The notes under the pieces were generated by a model, which made no database searches, was not told the origin of the DNA, and was given only the letters and a program-made list of their open reading frames with translations. A DNA stretch of 64,000 nucleotides. Source: a bacterium (GTDB taxonomy: Bacteria; Zhuqueibacterota; Zhuqueibacteria; Oceanimicrobiales; Oceanimicrobiaceae). Positions within the stretch are counted from its first letter, which is position 1; the number at the start of each line of letters is the position of its first letter. Below, one piece after another: positions 58,551 through 64,000 of this stretch. The position numbers and the translations under genes were made by a program. The stretch is taken from positions 13,248-77,247 of the forward strand of contig JBHHXT010000004.1 in NCBI GenBank assembly GCA_046757165.1. The letters run 5' to 3'.

Positions 58551-59885
58551 ATGAGCAAGAGTGCGACTGACAATGTGATGAACAAAATCGTTTCTCTCTG
58601 TAAGCGCAGAGGGTACATCTATCCCTCCAGTGAGATCTACGGCGGTCTGGATAGCTGTTATGATTATGGCCCTCTTGGGGTCGAGCTGAAGAAGAACATC
58701 AAGGAATTCTGGTGGAAAGCGATGGTGCAGGTGCGCGATGACATCGTCGGTCTCGACTCGTCCATTTTGATGCACCCACGTATCTGGGAGGCTTCCGGTC
58801 ATGTCGAAGGCTTTACGGACCCTTTGATCGATTGCCGGACGTGTAAAGGACGGTTTCGCGCCGACCAGTTGGAGAGCACGCCCTGTCCGCGGAAACCGAG
58901 CAAGATGGTAACCCAGTGTGGCGGCGAGCTGACCGATGTCCGCAAATTCAACTTGATGTTCAAGACCCACATGGGTGCGGTCGAGGAAGACGCTGGCGTC
59001 GTCTACCTGCGTCCCGAGACTGCGCAGGGCATTTATGTCAACTACAACAACGTTTTGCAGTCGTCACGTCAGAAGGTGCCGTTTGGAATCGCGCAGATCG
59101 GCAAGGCGTTTCGTAACGAAATCACGCCCCGGAATTTTACCTTTCGGACGCGCGAATTCGAGCAGATGGAGATGCAATTCTTCGTCAAGCCCGGCACAGA
59201 CGAAGAATGGTTCCAATACTGGAAGGAGCAGCGCATCAAATGGTACGACGACCTGGGCATCACGAGAGAAAACCTGCGGTTCCACGAGCATGATGAAGAT
59301 GAACTTGCGCACTACGCTGCCGCGGCATTTGATATCGAATACCGCTTCCCGTTTGGCTGGAAAGAGCTCGAGGGAATTCACAATCGCACAGACTTCGATT
59401 TGAAGCGGCACCAGGAGTTCTCGGGCAAGGATTTGCAATACTTCGATGATGCGGTACGCGAAAAATACCTTCCCTACATCATCGAAACCTCGGCCGGCTG
59501 TGACCGCACGCTGTTGACCTGTCTGGCAGACGCATTCGACGAGGAGCAGGTGCAAAATGAGACGCGCGCATTGCTGCGATTGTCGCCGGGGATTGCGCCC
59601 ATCAAAGTGGGCGTTTTCCCGCTTGTCAAGCGCGATGGCATGCCCGAAGTCGCGCGCAAGATCTATGAAGGCCTCAAGAAGCACATGATGGTCTTCTACG
59701 ACGAGGGCGGGGCCGTGGGCCGGCGCTACCGGCGGCAGGACGAGGCGGGCACGCCCTTTTGTGTCACCGTCGATTCGCAGACGCTGGAAGACAACACCGT
59801 AACCGTGCGTGAGCGGGATTCCATGGCGCAAGAGCGTGTGGCGATGGAGGGGGTGGTCGCGTATGTGCAGGATAGGCTGGACTAA
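58551..59885 (+). CDS. glyQS: Glycine--tRNA ligase, alpha2 type
   Basis: YLRPETAQG, FRNEITP, FRTREFEQME, ELEGI, RRYRRQDE. Confidence 0.97.
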   Translation: MSKSATDNVMNKIVSLCKRRGYIYPSSEIYGGLDSCYDYGPLGVELKKNIKEFWWKAMVQVRDDIVGLDSSILMHPRIWEASGHVEGFTDPLIDCRTCKGRFRADQLESTPCPRKPSKMVTQCGGELTDVRKFNLMFKTHMGAVEEDAGVVYLRPETAQGIYVNYNNVLQSSRQKVPFGIAQIGKAFRNEITPRNFTFRTREFEQMEMQFFVKPGTDEEWFQYWKEQRIKWYDDLGITRENLRFHEHDEDELAHYAAAAFDIEYRFPFGWKELEGIHNRTDFDLKRHQEFSGKDLQYFDDAVREKYLPYIIETSAGCDRTLLTCLADAFDEEQVQNETRALLRLSPGIAPIKVGVFPLVKRDGMPEVARKIYEGLKKHMMVFYDEGGAVGRRYRRQDEAGTPFCVTVDSQTLEDNTVTVRERDSMAQERVAMEGVVAYVQDRLD

Positions 59886-59951
59886 GCGGATGTGCAGGAT
59901 TCCCGGTTAATCAACGGATAGCCGGCTTGGTCAAAACACGGTCTGAGACCG

Positions 59952-60257
59952 TTAAGCGACCTTCCTTTTTATTGGGTGAATACGCTCATACTCCTTTTGA
60001 CGTACTTGCAGTGTGTCCCACATATCCAAGGTGTTTTGAAGGTTCATCCAAAAGTCTGGTGTGGTATCAAAAAACTTGGCTAATCGAAATGCGGTGTCCG
60101 GAGTAATGGAACGTTTGCCGAGAATGAGTTCGTTTATCCGTACCCGTGTGACGCCAAGCGCATCGGCTAGCTGTTGCTGGGTCATGTTAAAAGGTTCAAG
60201 AAATTCGTACCTGAGTATTTCACCGGGATGGGTTGGTCGTCTGTTCTTGGGTAACAT
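59952..60257 (-). CDS. higA: HigA-family antitoxin
   Basis: HPGEIL, HTH, ITPDTAFRLAKFF, FWMNLQ. Confidence 0.93.
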   Translation of the reverse strand: MLPKNRRPTHPGEILRYEFLEPFNMTQQQLADALGVTRVRINELILGKRSITPDTAFRLAKFFDTTPDFWMNLQNTLDMWDTLQVRQKEYERIHPIKRKVA

Positions 60258-60280
60258 TATGTTTTTCCTTATTTTCCTTC

Positions 60281-60523
60281 TTAATGATACTGTACCAATT
60301 CAACTTCAAAGATATCTCCATCCTCAAATTCAAAGCAGATTCTCCAAGCGCGACTCACTGAAATCGCCCATTGGCCTTGTCTATCGCCATGAAGGGGATG
60401 AAGATGATTTGAAGGTGGTGAACATTTGCGGGTTAATCGTTTTTCGAGTTCAGTCGGAACGCGTTTATGTTTTCCCGAATGCCAGAATTCTTCAAGCCAT
60501 GATTGCTTAAAGCTCTTAATCAT
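60281..60523 (-). CDS. higB: HigB-family toxin with apparent internal deletion
   Basis: MIKSFK, LHPLHGDRQGQWAISV, WRICFEF, YH end; the usual LDxLxxA...DL segment is absent. Confidence 0.75.
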   Translation of the reverse strand: MIKSFKQSWLEEFWHSGKHKRVPTELEKRLTRKCSPPSNHLHPLHGDRQGQWAISVSRAWRICFEFEDGDIFEVELVQYH

Positions 60524-60528
60524 GCCTC

Positions 60529-60557
60529 AATGTAATATGCAACGAAATCCATTGCAA
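60529..60557 (-). promoter_or_regulatory. higBA promoter with overlapping palindrome
   Basis: TTGCAA-17bp-TACATT ending 5 nt before the ATG; TGCAA-N9-TTGCA overlaps it. Confidence 0.5.
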
Positions 60558-60928
60558 GAAGAATCTTTCCAAAAGAACAAAATTGGTTCGGTCTCTCCTC
60601 CAAACGTTCCACCGCTAACAACATGGCTAAGGTGTGCGCGTTTTGCTGCACAGCATCCGGGTAACACTGACCGGTCGAACGTACAAAAGTCAGTTAGCCC
60701 GGGCCAATTCCCAAATAACGACGGAACGCGGCCCAACCACCCCAATTGCAGACTAGCAGCCGAGTTTGTCAAAAAAAAACAAAAAATCGGCTTCTGACGA
60801 TGCTTAGGAGCATTCACTTATGTTGACCATATTATCCACTCATTCAATCGAGATTGGAAAGTCGTAGTTGGAGTTAGGGACGGGTGAAATACAGCCGAGC
60901 GTGACGAAAATGTCAAGAACAAGTTCAA

Positions 60929-61003
60929 CATGATGTGAATGTTCGTGATGAATTGATTCCTGAACCCGGTTGCTACTACATAATGGATCGTGGCTATTTA
61001 GAT
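60929..61003 (+). mobile_element. IS4-family transposase remnant
   Basis: Translates HDVNVRDELIPEPGCYYIMDRGYLD, including the DRGY DDE motif. Confidence 0.7.
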
Positions 61004-61073
61004 TGTGAACCTTTGCAAGTGGAGGTACTGGTTTGCAGTAAGGCTTTTGCAGCCCTGAGTAAGAAATCCAAGC

Positions 61074-61106
61074 AACCTTGCGAAGGTTTCGAACCTTCGC
61101 AAGGTT
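61074..61106. repeat. REP-like nested palindrome
   Basis: AACCTTGCGAAGGTT-tcg-AACCTTCGCAAGGTT. Confidence 0.85.
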
Positions 61107-61168
61107 TTAGATGGCAGATCATTGCGGCGTTCAACCCACAAAACCCAATGTCACTCTCCCCGTTCGGA

Positions 61169-64000
61169 CTACTTCTGCAAGCTTAGTTTCCTCACAAAGG
61201 TCTGGTGGCCGACGGTGAGCCTCAAGAAATAGACGCCTGACCCGACATCTGTGCCCAAATTGTTACGGCCGTTCCAGGTGATCTTCTTGAATCCAGCCTG
61301 CTGCTCCTTGTCTATGAGCTTGCGCACTTCCTGTCCCCGAACATTGAAAATAGTCAGAATCACCTTCGCTGTCTGCGGCAAGGCATATTCGATGGTGGTT
61401 CCGGCATTAAACGGATTCGGGTAATTAGGCTGCAAGGAGAAGGCCTCAGGCAATACAGCCTGCGCGTCATCGGCGAATCCATCTTCGGGATTGGCGTCAG
61501 CCCCCTGGTTAGCTAATTCGTCCCCGTGCAAGGCTCCGCCACCCTGCCCAGCCAGGAGCGCTTGCGGTGCTGGAAAAGACTCTGTTGTGATTTCCGTCTC
61601 ATAGATCCGTCCCGAGCCGTCCGCAATATAGAGATGCATTTTGTTCGGATCATCATTGGGGTCAGACGACGGGGCAAACGTCAGTCCTTGCGGTGAGACA
61701 GGTTGCGGACTGAAGCCGTTGGCGCTGCTGATGTCGTAGCTCTCCAGCAGACTCCCACCCAAATCCAATTCATAAACTTTCTTATCGATTGTAGAGACAA
61801 AAAACAGATGATTGCTTCTTGGGCTAAACGCGATCCCTTCCGGATCGCTGATGCCCGTTGGAACCGGAAACGACAACTGGGATTGGAAATTCAGATTCTC
61901 ATCGTAAACCAACAACTGAGCACGATTGCCGATGACGACGTAAAGAAGACCCGAATTTGGGTCGCCGGTGATTCCCTCTGCGTCTTTGAACTTCGTCTTT
62001 CCTTGCAAGAGGGGGGAGCCAAAGTTTCCGTCATGGCGCATGATGATCCCCCGATCATCGTCCGTGATATAGAAGAACCCGTTGTGAAATGTCATGCCTG
62101 TCGGTTCCCGGAATGTGCTGTTGGAAAGCGGGGGACAGGGCTTTCCACCCTGAGCGTAAACATCGTAGGACGCCACCTGGGTATTACCCAAAAGGGGCAC
62201 CTCATGGACGTTTTCACAGTCCCAGGTCCCGCCTTCCCCCTGATTGATCTCTGAATCACAAAAGAAGAGGTTCCCGGAACTGGGATGGTACGCAATGCCA
62301 GCGTTTGTAAAACTTCGGATCGGGGCGTTGTTGGTCGCGAATGTTCTGACAAAAATGATCTCAGATTGTTGCGGAATTCCGGTACCGCTCAGGTTTACAT
62401 CGAGGGGGTTTTCGTCGGGATCATCGCTTGTTATGCGCAACATCGCCGTCTTTGCACCAGTTGAAGTGGGGTTAAACCCCACCTCGATGTTCCGCGTGCT
62501 GCCTGGCACCAGCGTGAACCCACCACCGCCGCTCACAATATTGAAGTGGGCCGCTCCCGGGCCCTGGAGCGTGGTCAGCGTCACATTCAAGGGTAACTGA
62601 CCGTCATTGCCGACCTGGAACACCTTGGACGCGCTTGCCCCTTCAACTACATTGCCAAAATTGTGGCTGGCTGGGGTCACGCTGATATCTGGCATCGCCT
62701 GGACGCCGGTGCCAGAGAGCTGAACGTCGAGCTGGCCTTCATCCGGATCGTCGCTGATAATACGCAGAGTGGCATTTTTCAGTCCCAGGCTGGTGGGGTT
62801 GAAACTGACCTGGACATTGCGCGTCGCTCCCGGTGCGATGATTCCGGCGCCGCCGCCGGTGTCGATACTGAATTGAGCGGCATCTGCCCCCAGCAAGGTC
62901 GTGCTGGTGAGCGAGAGGTCAGCATTGCCGACATTCTGGACGGCAAAAACCTTGACGGCAGACGTGTTGACGACCACATCGCCGTAGTCATGGCTGGCGG
63001 GCGTGACCGCGATGTCCGGCGCGGGTGGGCCGACCCCGGTGCCGCTCAGGGCAACGTCGAAGGTTCCTTCATCCGGGTCGTTGCTGACGAGCCGCAAACT
63101 GGCGCTCCTGGCGCCGAGCGCAGCGGGAGTAAAGCTCACTTCGATATTCCGGCTGGCCGCGGGCACGAGCACGAAGCTGCCGCCACCGCTCACGATGGAG
63201 AAGTCGGCGGCGTTGGGGCCCTGCAAGCTGGTGGTGCTGACGGACAAATTCTCGGTGCCATCGTTTCTGACCTCGAAGATCTTGCTGGCCGGGCTGCTGA
63301 CCACGACGTCGCCAAAATCATGCGCCGGGGGCAGAACCGTAATATCGGGAGCATCGCCAACCGGCGCGGCCTTGAGTTCTACGGCCACCACGGCCCAGTC
63401 GACATTCTTGCTGAAGGTGCCATCGAAAGAGACCGTCGCAGGTGTCGTGACCTCGCGCTCGACAATCGCTAATCCGGCGGTGCCGCCGCCGCTGCCCTGG
63501 GCAAATTCTTTGCGTTCGAAATAGTCTGGCCCGGGCGTGTGCCTTCGGTTGCGCATGGCGATGGCGCCAAATATCAAAGAGCCATTGCCGCTGGTGGTGA
63601 GGTTGAAGGAGTACGCACTGTTGTCCAGGCCGCCGCCGCAGGTGCCATCCTCTCCGTTGGTGTTGCCGGAGACCATTGACCCGGTCGGGTTGATGGGGTC
63701 GGCGCCCGAGTAGCGCACCACGGTGATAGCGGAGTTTTCAGGTGCGCCGGCCAGGGTTGCCGTCACCACGCCGGCAGCGCCAGGGCTTCCCATGGCCTGC
63801 CAGATGCTGACCGAAGTCGCTTTGCGACCGCCACACTGAAAATCAACTTGCTGCCAGGTAAGCCCGAGTCCGGTCACATCGAGCACGCCTTCGTTGGGCT
63901 TGCTGGTGATGGCCGCAAGATAGAGATGCCCTGCGACGCCGCTGATGGGGGTGGCCGTTGAAACCGTGCTGCTCGAGCCCGAGCCGCCCATCACCTGCTC
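61169..64000 (-). CDS. Large secreted protein (C-terminal part): 3x choice-of-anchor-D/ASH Ig-like, beta-propeller (SdiA-regulated-like), FlgD-like tail
   Basis: 3x PDI.V.P..H.FG.V...SNDPDE..V.LSGTG; EPTG/DAEG/DPEG blades; YPNPFN tail; frame stays open to the window edge. Confidence 0.85.
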   Translation of the reverse strand, partial: EQVMGGSGSSSTVSTATPISGVAGHLYLAAITSKPNEGVLDVTGLGLTWQQVDFQCGGRKATSVSIWQAMGSPGAAGVVTATLAGAPENSAITVVRYSGADPINPTGSMVSGNTNGEDGTCGGGLDNSAYSFNLTTSGNGSLIFGAIAMRNRRHTPGPDYFERKEFAQGSGGGTAGLAIVEREVTTPATVSFDGTFSKNVDWAVVAVELKAAPVGDAPDITVLPPAHDFGDVVVSSPASKIFEVRNDGTENLSVSTTSLQGPNAADFSIVSGGGSFVLVPAASRNIEVSFTPAALGARSASLRLVSNDPDEGTFDVALSGTGVGPPAPDIAVTPASHDYGDVVVNTSAVKVFAVQNVGNADLSLTSTTLLGADAAQFSIDTGGGAGIIAPGATRNVQVSFNPTSLGLKNATLRIISDDPDEGQLDVQLSGTGVQAMPDISVTPASHNFGNVVEGASASKVFQVGNDGQLPLNVTLTTLQGPGAAHFNIVSGGGGFTLVPGSTRNIEVGFNPTSTGAKTAMLRITSDDPDENPLDVNLSGTGIPQQSEIIFVRTFATNNAPIRSFTNAGIAYHPSSGNLFFCDSEINQGEGGTWDCENVHEVPLLGNTQVASYDVYAQGGKPCPPLSNSTFREPTGMTFHNGFFYITDDDRGIIMRHDGNFGSPLLQGKTKFKDAEGITGDPNSGLLYVVIGNRAQLLVYDENLNFQSQLSFPVPTGISDPEGIAFSPRSNHLFFVSTIDKKVYELDLGGSLLESYDISSANGFSPQPVSPQGLTFAPSSDPNDDPNKMHLYIADGSGRIYETEITTESFPAPQALLAGQGGGALHGDELANQGADANPEDGFADDAQAVLPEAFSLQPNYPNPFNAGTTIEYALPQTAKVILTIFNVRGQEVRKLIDKEQQAGFKKITWNGRNNLGTDVGSGVYFLRLTVGHQTFVRKLSLQK

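Noticed and set aside
59905..60700. attC-like ends around higBA (GCTTAAC at the higA stop; GCTAAC...GTTAGC at 60612-60700)
   Set aside because: Inner L boxes pair poorly, the R' sites deviate from GTTRRRY, and no integrase is present; IntegronFinder would settle it.

Overview
A gene-dense, moderately GC-rich bacterial chromosomal segment. Several secreted proteins with FlgD-like/'YPNPFN' C-terminal domains, GWxTD proteins and an alpha2-type GlyRS suggest an FCB-superphylum lineage such as KSB1 (inference only). Core content: secD (partial), tRNA-Leu-tig-clpP-clpX-lon-engB-aminotransferase-serA-like genes continuing into an orphan sigma54 activator and FG-GAP secreted proteins, a cdd-udk-tdk-nupC salvage cluster, ssb, aspS, and phoH-HDIG-ybeY-corC-galT-like-glyQS. 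The most interesting accessory region is 19.7-27.7 kb: a phosphoesterase-MglB-MglA-Roadblock GTPase operon flanked by a REC-GAF-PAS kinase and a GWxTD protein, both with sigma54 promoters, plus a degenerate HATPase ORF and a palindrome-rich 1.1 kb intergenic region. Also present: a TPR-CHAT protein lacking its apparent catalytic His, a 2233-aa lyase/adhesin, a 24-bp inverted repeat pair flanking 2.1 kb, a permease-less ABC/MFP module with full sigma54 architecture, a solo rtcA, two toxin-antitoxin modules damaged by internal deletions, an IS4 scar and a REP-like palindrome. No rRNA, CRISPR array or intact mobile element was seen. All calls come from motif recognition by eye; no database searches were run.
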